NCBI GenBank assembly: GCA_014879375.1
Contig: JACSSF010000087.1
Span: forward strand, 2,118-66,117
DNA length: 64,000 nt
Reading direction: 5' to 3'
DNA from: Lysobacteraceae bacterium
Lineage (GTDB): Bacteria > Pseudomonadota > Gammaproteobacteria > Xanthomonadales > Xanthomonadaceae
Shown piece after piece: positions 37,467 to 50,210 of this stretch; the stretch's first letter is position 1; the number at the start of each line of letters is the position of its first letter. The notes below the pieces were generated by a model that was given only the letters and a program-made list of their open reading frames with translations, searched no databases and was not told the origin of the DNA. A program made the position numbers and the translations under genes.

Positions 37467-38192
37467 TCAACCCTGCTGCAAGGCCGCGCCCGCCGGACGT
37501 GTCGTGCGCGGTTTGCCGTACTTGCGCCCCAGCCACGCCGCGGCGATGAGCGCGACGGCCAGTGGCGCGAACCACGGAAAGAGTTCGATCAACGCCGGCG
37601 ACACGTCCATCGTCGTCTTCAGCCAGCGCCACACCGGCTGCATGCCGATGGCGAGGAAGGCGACATGCGTGGCGATGCCTGCGCCCAGCATCCCCTGGTA
37701 GTGCTGGACGATGTGCCAGTTGGGTCGGTTCGGCCCGCGCCTGGCGAAACGCAGCATCTGCCAGGCATTGATGAAGGCGATCGTCGAAAAGCCGATGAAC
37801 AGCCACTGCGACTTCATCACCCCGAATGCCAGTACCGGGATCGCGGTGAGCAGCGGCAGCCACAACACCAACCGCCACCCGATGCGTGAAGTCATCACCC
37901 GCCAGTCGCGCTTGTCGGTGATCGCCCGCCATGCCAGCCAGCATGCTTGCGCGGTCAGCGGCAGCAGATAGGCAAGAAAGAGGCCGGTGGCCAGATGCCG
38001 ACGGAAGAATATCTGCTCGATCACCAGCGGCACGCCGGTGGCGATCACCCCGCACATCGCCAGCAGGAACACCTTGCCGACCGCGCGATGGCGCGGGCTG
38101 CCTTTCTTCATCCATGCCGCCGACCAGAAAGTAATCAGCGCCAGCGTGCCCAGCAGTGCGTGCAATGCAACAAAATACGAATAACCGGGCAT
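37467..38192 (-). CDS. DUF2306-like polytopic membrane protein
   Basis: LHALLG, KKGSPRHRAVGK, WHIVQHYQGMLGAGIATHVAF; several TM helices; AGGAG RBS. Confidence 0.7.
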   Translation of the reverse strand: MPGYSYFVALHALLGTLALITFWSAAWMKKGSPRHRAVGKVFLLAMCGVIATGVPLVIEQIFFRRHLATGLFLAYLLPLTAQACWLAWRAITDKRDWRVMTSRIGWRLVLWLPLLTAIPVLAFGVMKSQWLFIGFSTIAFINAWQMLRFARRGPNRPNWHIVQHYQGMLGAGIATHVAFLAIGMQPVWRWLKTTMDVSPALIELFPWFAPLAVALIAAAWLGRKYGKPRTTRPAGAALQQG

Positions 38193-38288
38193 GTCGCGTT
38201 CTCCTCATGACGTGTCGCCATCGTCCGCCTGCCGTGCCCGATGCCACAGGCCCGTCCGTCACCGAACCACCCTGCCGGAAGTCACTTT

Positions 38289-38318
38289 CTTGCGGTGATG
38301 CCTTGTCATCGCCGCAAG
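38289..38318. promoter_or_regulatory. inverted repeat in divergent promoter of the two-component system
   Basis: CTTGCGGTGATG / CATCGCCGCAAG (11/12); GTCA(C/T) at 38258, 38281 and 38305. Confidence 0.55.
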
Positions 38319-38337
38319 GACTGCCCAGCATGGCGCC

Positions 38338-39444
38338 ATGCCATCGACCCGCGAACGCCTGCGCAACCTGTTTCACCCGCTGAACCTGGCGGGTCTTTTC
38401 ACGTGGGCCGCCGTCGCCTTCACCCTGCAGTACGGGCCCCCGGAGCAACTCGCCCTGCGCTGGACGCTGGCGCTGCTGTTCCTCTTCGCGTTCTTTGGCG
38501 AGGACTGGCTGCCACGCCGCTCGCCCGCACACGTGTTGCTGATCGCGGTGCAGGCCGCGACGGCGCTCGGCCTGATCTGGGTATCACCACGGATGGGCGT
38601 GACGCCGGTGCTACTGGTGATGCTGGTCGCGAGCCTGGCCACCTGCTGGCCGACGCGCTGGGTGGTGCCGGTCGCGCTGCTGCTGAACCTAGCGATGTAC
38701 CTGATCCTGCGCGCCAAGGGCCATGACTACGCGGTGATGGTGGTGTTGATCTATGCGGGTTTCGAGATGTTCGCGGGCGTCACCGTGCATGCCTCGCGCA
38801 GCGCGGAGGAAGCGCGTGATCGCCTCGCGCGGGTGAACGCCGACCTGCTCGCCACCCGCAGCCTGTTGGCCGATGCCAGTCGCGATGCCGAACGCATGCG
38901 CCTCGCCCGCGAATTGCACGACGTGCTCGGCCACAAGCTGACCGCGATGCGGATCAACCTGCGCGCACTCGCCGGTGAACCCGGGGCATCCGACAGCCTG
39001 AAGCTGTGCGAACAACTCTCGGCGGAATTGCTGGATGACGTGCGCGGCGTGGTGCAGGCCATGCGCGATGCCGACGGCCTCGATATCGCGACCTCGTTGC
39101 AGGCCCTGGCTGCGCCGTTCCCCGCGACCCGGCTCGCCTTGCACATCGCGCCCGAGGTGCGCATCATCGATGCCGCGCTCGCCGAAACCGTATTGCGCGT
39201 GGTGCAAGAGGCCCTAACCAACACCGCGCGGCACGGCGCCGCCAGCACCTTGCAGGTGGATATCACGATGCAGGGTGACGACCTCCGCCTCGTTATCGAG
39301 GACGACGGCAAGCTGCGCGGCGAACTGCGCGAGGGTAACGGCCTGACCGGGATGCGCGAACGCATCGAGGAACGCGGCGGCACCTTGACGCTTTCACGCG
39401 GTGTTCGTGGCGCGCTGCACATCGAAGCGGTACTGCCGGCATGA
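38338..39444 (+). CDS. intramembrane-sensing histidine kinase (HisKA_3, DesK-like)
   Basis: Several N-terminal TMs, ERMRLARELHDVLGH, QEALTNTARH, IEDDG, GLTGMRER. Confidence 0.92.
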   Translation: MPSTRERLRNLFHPLNLAGLFTWAAVAFTLQYGPPEQLALRWTLALLFLFAFFGEDWLPRRSPAHVLLIAVQAATALGLIWVSPRMGVTPVLLVMLVASLATCWPTRWVVPVALLLNLAMYLILRAKGHDYAVMVVLIYAGFEMFAGVTVHASRSAEEARDRLARVNADLLATRSLLADASRDAERMRLARELHDVLGHKLTAMRINLRALAGEPGASDSLKLCEQLSAELLDDVRGVVQAMRDADGLDIATSLQALAAPFPATRLALHIAPEVRIIDAALAETVLRVVQEALTNTARHGAASTLQVDITMQGDDLRLVIEDDGKLRGELREGNGLTGMRERIEERGGTLTLSRGVRGALHIEAVLPA

Positions 39445-40068
39445 GCGAATTCCTGACCATCGCGCTGGCCGACGACCAGGCGCTGGTGCGCGCCGGGCTG
39501 GTCGCGCTACTGGAACGACAGGGCATTCGCATCGCATTCCAGGCTGAGAGCGGCGAAGCCCTGCTCGACCAGTTGGCGGTGCAGCCCGTCGACCTGATCC
39601 TTTCCGACATCCGCATGCCGGGCATGGACGGGATCGCGGCGCTGCGTGCGTTGCGGGCGCGTGGCGATGCCACGCCGTGCGTCTTCCTCACCACCTTCGA
39701 TGACAGCGAGTTGCTGCTTGCTGCGTGCGACGCCGGCGCGCAGGGGTTCCTGCTGAAGGACGCCGCGCCGGAAGACCTGCATGCCGCCATCGTTCGCGCG
39801 GCCTCGGGTGAATCACTGCTGCAACCGGTCAGCACCGATCCCGTGCGCGCGCGTTATCGCTACCACGCCGAAGACGCGCCGGTCGAATTGTTCAGTCAGC
39901 GCGAAGTTGCCGTGTTGCGGCTGATGGCCGGCGGTTACAGCAACAAGGAGATCGCACGCAGCCTATTCCTCGCCGAAGGCACGGTGAAGAACTACGTCTC
40001 GGCGATCCTCGAAAAGCTCGACACGCGCGATCGCACGCGCGCGGTGTTGAAGGCGATCACGCTGCGGA

Positions 40069-40076
<8 letters not shown>
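39441..40076 (+). CDS. NarL/LuxR family response regulator
   Basis: LADDQ, DIRMPGMDG, LTTFDD, GYSNKEIA..LFLAEGTVKNYVS. Confidence 0.93.
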
Positions 40077-41325
<1,249 letters not shown>

Positions 41326-41487
41326 GGCGGGGCGTTCCGGTCGGGGTGTCCTTGTGTAACAGAAAGCCGCTCAATCCGGCCTTCACGCAAGCCAGTGATA
41401 CGGCCGGCCCCGGTTTCCACGCCCGGGGAAAACCCGGATACTGCGGCCAGGCCCGCCCTTCCTCCAGCCGATACAGGTCTTTTGTAG

Positions 41488-43080
41488 ATGGCCCTCGCCG
41501 ACTTTCCCAATCCCCGCGTGTTCTGGCGCTGGCTGCGCCAGTGGCGCAAGACCAACATGGTCGACAAGATCGATCGCGTCGCGGTGCTGAGCAGTGTCGA
41601 GGATGCCGGCGCGATGGGCGCGCGCTTCGCCTTCATGACGTTGATGGCCTGCGGCATCGCCACGCTAGGGTTGTTGCAGAACTCCGTCGCGGTGATCATC
41701 GGCGCGATGTTGATCGCCCCGCTGATGGGGCCGATCATCGAGCTGGGCATGGGCCTGGCCACCTTCGATTTCCGCACCGTGCGCGAGGCACTCAAGACCC
41801 TCGCAGTCGGCATCGTGCTGGCGCTGGTGATGGCGATGTTGCTGGTGTGGTTCTCGCCGCTCAAGCAGGCCACCCCGGAAATCCTCGCGCGCACCCAGCC
41901 CACGTTCTTCGATCTGCTGGTCGCTATTTTCTCCGGCCTGGCCGGCGCCTACGCCACCATCACCCGCAAAGGCGAGGCCATCGTTGGCGTCGCCATCGCC
42001 ACCGCCTTGATGCCGCCGCTGGCCGTGGTGGCCTATGGTCTGGCGCTCGGCAACTGGAGCATCGCCGGCGGCGCCGGCATGTTGTTCATGACCAACATGC
42101 TCGCCATCGCGCTCTCGGTCACGGTGGTCGCGCGCCTGTATGGCTTCGGCGGCAGCGATTCGCCCAAGCAAACCGCATGGCAGGCGGGGCTCATCATCGG
42201 CACCTTCGTGCTGTTGTCGATTCCGCTGGGACTCTCGCTGCAACGCATCGCCCGCCAGTCGCAGGCGGAAATCGCGATCCGTTCCGCGCTCGACCAGGCC
42301 GCCAACAACGTGCAGGGACGCGTGTCCGCCTTGCGCGTGGAGACAGTCAACGACACCATGGTCGTCGACGCCGTGCTGATGACCCCGCGTTTCGTCCACG
42401 GGCTGGACCAGAAGTTGTCCCAGCAACTCAGCGCGCAGCTGGGCCGCAAGATCGACGTCGAGTTGCGCGAAGTCGTCACCACCGACGACCAGACCCTGAG
42501 CAACCAGCAGGCGACGCTGTCGGAGCTGTCGCAGTCGATCACTGCGCTGCAGCAGGCCGAGCGCACCCGCGATGGCGTCATCAAGACGCAACAGGATGCC
42601 CAGGCCATGGTCAACGCGGCGCTGGCCGCGCACGTGGGCACGATCGAGAACGGCCCCGGCGACAACATGCTGACCCTGCGCCTGAAGCCTGCTGCGGGGC
42701 TCGACCTCGCCCAGTCGCGCGCGCTGGAGCAACAACTGACGACCGCGCTGGAGGCGATGAAGATGCAGGTGCAGGTGGTGCCACCACTGCGTGGCTTACC
42801 GCCATTGCCGGTCAACGCCGATGGCACGCTGGATACGGCCGCCGCGCAAGCCCTCGACACCCAGGCCTGGGCCTTGCAGCGTTGGGATGTCGCCGCGATC
42901 GACTGCGTCGGCTTCGCGCGCGACAGTGAGGAAGCACGAAAACACGCCGATGCCGTGGCCGCGATCCTGCGCCGACGCGGCATCGTGGTGGGCGATGCCC
43001 GCGCCGCCGACAGCGCCGATCGGCGCGCGGCCCCCGACAACCTGCGCGACGCGGTCTGGCTGCGCCTGCCCGCGGATTGA
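41488..43080 (+). CDS. DUF389/TIGR00341 membrane protein with large C-terminal soluble extension
   Basis: [38 protein letters not shown]; coiled coil and C-terminal domain. Confidence 0.85.
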   Translation: MALADFPNPRVFWRWLRQWRKTNMVDKIDRVAVLSSVEDAGAMGARFAFMTLMACGIATLGLLQNSVAVIIGAMLIAPLMGPIIELGMGLATFDFRTVREALKTLAVGIVLALVMAMLLVWFSPLKQATPEILARTQPTFFDLLVAIFSGLAGAYATITRKGEAIVGVAIATALMPPLAVVAYGLALGNWSIAGGAGMLFMTNMLAIALSVTVVARLYGFGGSDSPKQTAWQAGLIIGTFVLLSIPLGLSLQRIARQSQAEIAIRSALDQAANNVQGRVSALRVETVNDTMVVDAVLMTPRFVHGLDQKLSQQLSAQLGRKIDVELREVVTTDDQTLSNQQATLSELSQSITALQQAERTRDGVIKTQQDAQAMVNAALAAHVGTIENGPGDNMLTLRLKPAAGLDLAQSRALEQQLTTALEAMKMQVQVVPPLRGLPPLPVNADGTLDTAAAQALDTQAWALQRWDVAAIDCVGFARDSEEARKHADAVAAILRRRGIVVGDARAADSADRRAAPDNLRDAVWLRLPAD

Positions 43081-43142
43081 CCCTGGGCCAGCGCGGGAAG
43101 TGCGGCTGGGCGACAATGGCGGCTTCCCACCGGAGCCCTGCC

Positions 43143-44168
43143 ATGTCGCCCGCCAGCAAACCCATCTCGCTCACCCGCTACCTGATCGAGGAGCAGCGCG
43201 CCGGCCACATCAGCGCCGACCTGCGCCTGCTGATCGAGGTCGTGGCCCGCGCCTGCAAGACCATCTCGGTCGCGGTCGGCAAGGGCGCTCTGGGCGGCGT
43301 GCTGGGCGATGCCGGCACCGGCAACGTGCAGGGCGAGGCGCAGAAGAAGCTCGACGTCATCGCCAACGACGTGCTGCTGGAGGCCAATGCCTGGGGCGGC
43401 CACCTCGCCGGCCTCGCCTCCGAGGAAATGGAACACAGCCAGCCGATCCCCGACGTGTACCCGCGCGGCAACTACCTGCTGCTGTTCGATCCCCTCGATG
43501 GCTCCTCCAACATCGACGTGAACGTGTCGGTCGGCACCATCTTCTCGGTGCTGCGCTGCCCGGACGGCGTGACCACGCCGGAGGACGAGCACTTCCTGCA
43601 AGCTGGTCGTGACCAGGTCGCTGCCGGCTATTGCGTCTATGGCCCCTCAACCACGCTGATCCTCACCGTCGGCCATGGTGTCCACCAGTTCACCCTCGAC
43701 CGCGAACAGGGCAGCTTCATGCTGACCCAACGCGACATGATGGTCCCGGAAGACACCAAGGAGTTCGCCATCAACATGTCGAACCAGCGGCATTGGGAGG
43801 CAGCGATGCAGCAATACGTTGATGACCTGCTGATCGGCAAGGAAGGCCCCCGCGGCAAGGACTTCAACATGCGCTGGATCGCCTCGATGGTGGCCGACGT
43901 GCATCGCATCCTGACCCGCGGCGGCATCTTCATCTACCCGTGGGACAGGAAGGACCCGTCCAAGCCGGGCAAGCTGCGCCTGATGTACGAAGCCAACCCG
44001 ATGAGCCTGCTGATCGAGCAGGCCGGCGGCGCGGCGACCAATGGCCGCATGCGCATCCTCGACATCGCGCCCGACCAGTTGCACCAGCGCGTGCCCGTGT
44101 TCCTCGGCTCGAAGAACGAAGTGGACATCGCCACCCGCTACCACCTGGAATTCGACGCCCTGCCCTGA
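43143..44168 (+). CDS. fbp: class 1 fructose-1,6-bisphosphatase
   Basis: [43 protein letters not shown]. Confidence 0.95.
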   Translation: MSPASKPISLTRYLIEEQRAGHISADLRLLIEVVARACKTISVAVGKGALGGVLGDAGTGNVQGEAQKKLDVIANDVLLEANAWGGHLAGLASEEMEHSQPIPDVYPRGNYLLLFDPLDGSSNIDVNVSVGTIFSVLRCPDGVTTPEDEHFLQAGRDQVAAGYCVYGPSTTLILTVGHGVHQFTLDREQGSFMLTQRDMMVPEDTKEFAINMSNQRHWEAAMQQYVDDLLIGKEGPRGKDFNMRWIASMVADVHRILTRGGIFIYPWDRKDPSKPGKLRLMYEANPMSLLIEQAGGAATNGRMRILDIAPDQLHQRVPVFLGSKNEVDIATRYHLEFDALP

Positions 44169-44362
44169 CCATCGCGCCTGTGGCAACCCTGCATCACGCC
44201 CCTTGAGTCCGGGCCCTGGGGGCTTGCACCGAATCGTCGTCGCGTGATGGTATCTTTGGGATTGGATGCGCAGGTCGGTGGGGTGCCGGCATGCAGGGGG
44301 GCCATTCTTGTCTCGAGGTCCGGTCACGATGCCGTGGCTGGTCACCGCAACAGGGAGGCGGC

Positions 44363-45715
<1,353 letters not shown>

Positions 45716-45730
45716 TTCCCGCTGCGCGGA

Positions 45731-47170
45731 TCAGAAGCCGATCGGCACCTTCAGGCTGAAGCTGAAGTCGGGCGCATCGGGCGTCAAGCCGATCCCGAGC
45801 ATGCCGACCACCGTGGTGCGCCGGGTCAGCGCATGGGTGACGCCGAGGTTGAACATCGCGGCGGTGGCGTCGCTACCGATCACCTTGGCCCACTCGGCGC
45901 CTTCGTAGCGCATGCGTGCACGCGCGGCGAGGCGGGCACTGACCGACATGCTGAAGCTGGTGCGCTCGTTGAACGCGAAGGCTACGCCCGCACCGATGCT
46001 GAACGCATCGCCCAGGCGCACCTTGCCCGGATTGATCGTGTCCGGACTGTTGTCGAGGTCGTCGAAGCTACCGGTGAAGCTGCGCGTGTAACCGATGTTG
46101 CCAAAAATGATCGCGGGATCCGTCGTCTTGACGAACGACATGCCGATGTTGGCCTGCCACAGCCCGTTGCCCGTCGGTTGCTCCTCAGGCACGGCGAAGC
46201 GGATGAAGTCGTCATCGTCACGTTCGAGGATCCGCCATGGAATGCCGTAGGGTTCGCGTCCGGTGGGCGCGGTCACGCTGACATTCAGCACACCATCGGG
46301 CCGCCAGCCGTTCTCGCCGAACAGCTTGTAGTTGACCCCGAAGTTCACGTCGCCGATGCCGGTGCCGGTCGTGGTTTCCTGCGCGATCGCCGCGGCCGAT
46401 CCACCCGCACCGCCCTTCTGGTACACGGTCTTGCGCGCGATGAACGGGACATTGGCATTGAGCGTGAGCCTAGGGCTCACGCCCCAGCGCAGACTGCTCT
46501 CGTAGACCAGCGTGTCCGACTCCACGTTCTCGATGGCGATGTTGCCAAGGAAGATCGCATCCAGCGCCAGGAAGCCGTTGAGCGAAAGTTGCTTGCGGTC
46601 GTAGCGGTTGTAGCTGATGCCGTTTTCCAGCGTGAAGCCGCCGCGGAACAATGCATGTTGTTGTTCCTTGACGTCCTCGACGCTGCGCGCTTCACGCTCC
46701 TGCGCGGCCTGCGCCTCCGCCGCGGTCCCCGCGTAGCCGGCCTGCGGCACTCTTGTCAGTGGCGGCGTGCTGGTCTGCACTGCCGGCGGCGGGCTGCTGG
46801 CTGTCGGGGCCGGGGCTTGCGGTTGCGCTGCCACGACCGGCGCCTGCTGTTGCAGCGATTGCGGCACGCGGCCGGTGACCCGCGCATTGAGCGCCTGGAT
46901 CTGCATGTCCAGCTCGCGCAAGCGGCGCAGCTCGCTGGCATAACTCGCCTTCAGCGCCTCGAGTTCCTGCAGCAATTGCTGCACTTCAGCGGCATCGGCC
47001 GCACTGATGCCTGGCGCCCCCTGCGCCTGGCTGTCTTTGTCGGGTTCGCTCGGCGGCGCTTCCTGGGCCAGCACGGCCACGGGCATGGAAAGCCCCAGTG
47101 CGCCAGCGAGGGCTACGGTTAGCGGATGCTTCTGTCGATGCGCCCACCCCTGCGGCATCTGCTTGTTCAT
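45731..47170 (-). CDS. fapF: FapF-like outer-membrane amyloid secretion channel
   Basis: Signal peptide, N-terminal coiled coil, LNGFLALDAIFLGNI, APTGREPYG, IGLTPDAPDF, terminal Phe; last gene of the operon. Confidence 0.85.
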   Translation of the reverse strand: MNKQMPQGWAHRQKHPLTVALAGALGLSMPVAVLAQEAPPSEPDKDSQAQGAPGISAADAAEVQQLLQELEALKASYASELRRLRELDMQIQALNARVTGRVPQSLQQQAPVVAAQPQAPAPTASSPPPAVQTSTPPLTRVPQAGYAGTAAEAQAAQEREARSVEDVKEQQHALFRGGFTLENGISYNRYDRKQLSLNGFLALDAIFLGNIAIENVESDTLVYESSLRWGVSPRLTLNANVPFIARKTVYQKGGAGGSAAAIAQETTTGTGIGDVNFGVNYKLFGENGWRPDGVLNVSVTAPTGREPYGIPWRILERDDDDFIRFAVPEEQPTGNGLWQANIGMSFVKTTDPAIIFGNIGYTRSFTGSFDDLDNSPDTINPGKVRLGDAFSIGAGVAFAFNERTSFSMSVSARLAARARMRYEGAEWAKVIGSDATAAMFNLGVTHALTRRTTVVGMLGIGLTPDAPDFSFSLKVPIGF

Positions 47171-47967
47171 GGTCGGTTTCCGATTCCCTGGTTGAGCGTG
47201 ATTGCTTGCGCGACACTCGACATCATCAGTGCGTTGGTCGGCACGGCCTGTCGCACCAGCTCCAGCTGCAGGCGATTGCTGACCTGCTGGCCATCGCCAG
47301 CGATGCGGATGCTCTGGCCAACGCTGCCGGCCCGCACCCATTGTTCGGCCACGCCCTGGCCGGCAACGCCGATCGTCAGGCGCGCGCCGTTGGCGTCCAT
47401 GCTGGCGGTGGCGCTGGCCGCGCTGTTGCCTGTTTCGATGGACGAGGCACCATTGCCGCCCTGTGCATCGGGCACGTCGCCCGTACGCACCACGAGCGAG
47501 GTCGCATTGCTCGCGCCATTGCCGTCACCGGCGATCTGCACGCTTTGCACCATGCCTGACACGTTGCCGAGGCCGGCGCTGTCGATGCTGCGCTCGCCTG
47601 TGGCGGCCGTGGCATCGGCATCGGCCAGCCCGACGTGGACATTGGGGGTGAAGCTGATGCTCGGTGTTCCGTTGCGGAAGTCCATCCCGATCCGCAGCGA
47701 GCCTTGCACCGTCTGGCCGGCTTGCGTCTGCCACGTGGTGATCATCGACACGCCGAACCAGAGCACCTTGTTGTCGCCGACGATGTAGCGCCCGCGCATC
47801 AGGTCAAGCTCGCCATCGGGGATCTCGTGCAATCCACGCGCGCCCGGGCGCGCCTCCTCGGCCAGCAGGGGCGCCGCCATCAACATCAGGCTCGCCGACA
47901 ACAACCAGCACGAGAGGAATCGGACGGGACGGCGAACGCTGGCTTCCTTTGCTCGTTTCGCTTCCAT
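47167..47967 (-). CDS. fapE: FapE-like minor amyloid-associated protein
   Basis: EIPDGELDLMRGRY, FGVSMITTW, VQSVQIAGDGN, QSIRIAGD; AGGAGA RBS; operon position. Confidence 0.78.
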   Translation of the reverse strand: MEAKRAKEASVRRPVRFLSCWLLSASLMLMAAPLLAEEARPGARGLHEIPDGELDLMRGRYIVGDNKVLWFGVSMITTWQTQAGQTVQGSLRIGMDFRNGTPSISFTPNVHVGLADADATAATGERSIDSAGLGNVSGMVQSVQIAGDGNGASNATSLVVRTGDVPDAQGGNGASSIETGNSAASATASMDANGARLTIGVAGQGVAEQWVRAGSVGQSIRIAGDGQQVSNRLQLELVRQAVPTNALMMSSVAQAITLNQGIGNRP

Positions 47968-47977
47968 GACACGTCTC

Positions 47978-48685
47978 CTAGAACAAATCCGCATGCGTGA
48001 AGCCGAAATCGAGCAGTTCCGCATCGGTAATGGGCCCTTGCCGGGCATACAGGGCGCGCGCACTGGGCCGCGCCGAAGGTTGCAACAGCACGGTGTTGCG
48101 ATCGAAGTCGCTGCCGATCACCACGAACACCGCGCGCGAAGGCCATGCCTCCAGGAATTCCTTCATCGGGATCCGGCGATTGCCGAGGATCGGGTCACCG
48201 ACCTCGACCAGACCATCGTCGATGCGCTTGAGCACCACGAAATGGCGAAAGCCCGCCACGTCCATCAGGATCAGTCCCGGTACCCGCAACGTGCCCAGGC
48301 GTTCCTCGTCGACGCGATAGCCGCGTCCGCGCATCCCGAGCGTTTCGACGTAGCGCTTGATGTCCAGCAGCGAGAAACCCCGCTCCTGCACCACGGCCGG
48401 GTCGGCCACGCCCATCATCCCCTCGATCACCGTGGTCTCGTCCACGTTCAGCCCGTAGGCATAACGCAGGATGGTCGCCAGTGACGCCGCGCCGCAGCTG
48501 TAGTCGGTCTGTTGCCGAACCAGATTGCGGTAACGCGCCGCCTGCATGCTCTCGACGTTCTTGGTCAGCACCGGGCCATTGGGCAGCACGCCGGCAAACT
48601 GGTTGCCATCGGCGCGCGCAGGCAAGGCTGCGGCCATGAACACCATCGCCATCAAGATCACGAATTGGGAGAGCACGCTGCGCAT
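47978..48685 (-). CDS. fapD: FapD-like periplasmic C39 peptidase
   Basis: Signal peptide; QQTDYSCGAA (Cys), GFSLLDIKRY, RHFVVL (His), GDPILGN (Asp). Confidence 0.9.
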   Translation of the reverse strand: MRSVLSQFVILMAMVFMAAALPARADGNQFAGVLPNGPVLTKNVESMQAARYRNLVRQQTDYSCGAASLATILRYAYGLNVDETTVIEGMMGVADPAVVQERGFSLLDIKRYVETLGMRGRGYRVDEERLGTLRVPGLILMDVAGFRHFVVLKRIDDGLVEVGDPILGNRRIPMKEFLEAWPSRAVFVVIGSDFDRNTVLLQPSARPSARALYARQGPITDAELLDFGFTHADLF

Positions 48686-48706
48686 CGATGGGCCTCTATC
48701 CGGAGA

Positions 48707-48767
48707 TTGAAGCCCCGTCCGGGGGTGACGAACGGGGCTTCAAGGCCCCGCCTTTGACGGCGGGACC
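48707..48767 (-). other. tandem hairpins between fapC and fapD
   Basis: TTGAAGCCCCGT / ACGGGGCTTCAA (48707-48743) and CCCGCC / GGCGGG (48747-48764). Confidence 0.75.
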
Positions 48768-48780
48768 GTTTAGCGATGGA

Positions 48781-50169
48781 TCACTCGCCGCTCGGCGGGG
48801 TGCCGCCACCCGATGCAGCCGGACGACCGACGGCCATGGCCAGGCTGTTCGCCTGCATGTTGCCGGTGCCTGCCGACACGTTGACGCCGATGTTGCCGGA
48901 CGCGCTGCTGAAGGCGCTGCCGGACAGCGACGCGGTGTTGGTCGCGTCCTTGATCAGCCAGTTCGTCGTGCTGACGGTGCCGGACAGCGCAACATCCAAC
49001 TCCATGATGCCCAGCTCGACGAAGCCCAGTTCGCCCGACTCGTCGGTATCGAAGCCGAGGCCACCGACGCCATCCGCGTAGGGGTTCTCGACCGCGCCCT
49101 GGCTGTCGATGTCGTAATCGACGTGGCCAATGTTCGGGCCAGCCGGGTGGAGCTCGCCATCCCACTGGTCGGCATAGAAGTTGGTCTTCTGGTACGCATT
49201 GCCGGTACCTTCATATACGCCGTAGCCGACAGCAAAGGAACCGCCGCTGGCCGAGCCACCCAGCGAAACATCGACCGTGTCGGTGTACTTCTGCGCCAGG
49301 CCGTTGTTCTCGACCATGTTGCCCGCGCTGTGCTGGTTGGAGCTGACGCTCGCGGTGGCATAGTTGGTCGTGGCGACCGAAGCCGACAAGGCGTTCTTCT
49401 GCAGGTTGTTGTTGCCGGACGTCACGTTGACCGCGATGTTGCCGGACGCGCTTTCAAAAGCGTTGCCGCCGATGTTGGCGTTGTTGGTCACGCCGAGGTT
49501 CGACACCAGGTTGCCGCTGCCGGCCTGGTTCACGAAGATCTCGGAGTCGGCCATGCCGAACGCGAAGGCTGCATCGGTCGATGCGAGCGCCGCGGCATTG
49601 TCCTGCACGTTGTTGTCGCCGGCGGCCACGTTGAAGCCCAGGTTGCCGGACGCGCTGGAGGCGACGTCGTCTGCGATCGAGGCATCGTTGGTGACGTTCT
49701 CGTTCAGGCCCAGGTTGTTGCTCGAGGACTGGCGGTTGTCGATGATCGAAATCGCGGCCGAGTCGATCGCGATGTCACCCGAGACCGTCGGACGGCCGGT
49801 GATCTCGATGTCGGACTTCAGGCGCAGCGACTTGTCCATCTGCACGCTGACGCCATGCTCGTTGCGCTCGCGGCGGATGTCGGACTGGATGTTCTGCTCG
49901 CGCAGGTCCAGTTCCAGGTTCATCTTTTCGGTGACTTCCGAGTTGTAGGACTGGTTGGCGCTGACGTTGACGTTCTCGTTGTAGTTGGTGTTTTCGCTGT
50001 GGTTCAGCGTGTCGACGTGATTCGACGTGTAGTTCTTGTTGATGTTCTTGTTGATGGTGACGGTCTTGCTGACGGTGGTGTCATCGTCTTCCGCGTGCGC
50101 GGTGCCGATGCCCATGGCCATTGCAGCAACTGCCACAGCCAACGCGGTCATTTTCAGGTTCGATTTCAT
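48781..50169 (-). CDS. fapC: FapC-like major functional amyloid subunit
   Basis: Signal peptide; three repeats NxAx(I/L)...SASGN(I/L)xxNVxxGxxNxQxN; Asn/Gly/Ser-rich; AGGAGAGG RBS. Confidence 0.88.
   Translation of the reverse strand: MKSNLKMTALAVAVAAMAMGIGTAHAEDDDTTVSKTVTINKNINKNYTSNHVDTLNHSENTNYNENVNVSANQSYNSEVTEKMNLELDLREQNIQSDIRRERNEHGVSVQMDKSLRLKSDIEITGRPTVSGDIAIDSAAISIIDNRQSSSNNLGLNENVTNDASIADDVASSASGNLGFNVAAGDNNVQDNAAALASTDAAFAFGMADSEIFVNQAGSGNLVSNLGVTNNANIGGNAFESASGNIAVNVTSGNNNLQKNALSASVATTNYATASVSSNQHSAGNMVENNGLAQKYTDTVDVSLGGSASGGSFAVGYGVYEGTGNAYQKTNFYADQWDGELHPAGPNIGHVDYDIDSQGAVENPYADGVGGLGFDTDESGELGFVELGIMELDVALSGTVSTTNWLIKDATNTASLSGSAFSSASGNIGVNVSAGTGNMQANSLAMAVGRPAASGGGTPPSGE
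48835..49689 (-). repeat. three FapC amyloid repeats (49585-49689, 49381-49485, 48835-48939)
   Basis: About 35-aa imperfect repeats; shared DNA core GTTGCCGGACGCGCT on the + strand in all three. Confidence 0.88.
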
Positions 50170-50210
50170 GTCCCTCTCCTTGATTTACACGTGGTGGTTT
50201 TGCTACGCGT

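Noticed and set aside
44169..44362. Riboswitch or ncRNA upstream of the sigma-54 activator
   Set aside because: No recognisable aptamer consensus by eye; an Rfam covariance search would be needed
47978..48685. C39 peptidase as a bacteriocin/RiPP exporter
   Set aside because: Stand-alone with a signal peptide, no ABC domain or double-glycine precursor; context is FapD
48835..49689. Repeated DNA core as a CRISPR or REP array
   Set aside because: Repeats are in frame inside a CDS, irregularly spaced, and explained by amyloid repeats; no cas genes
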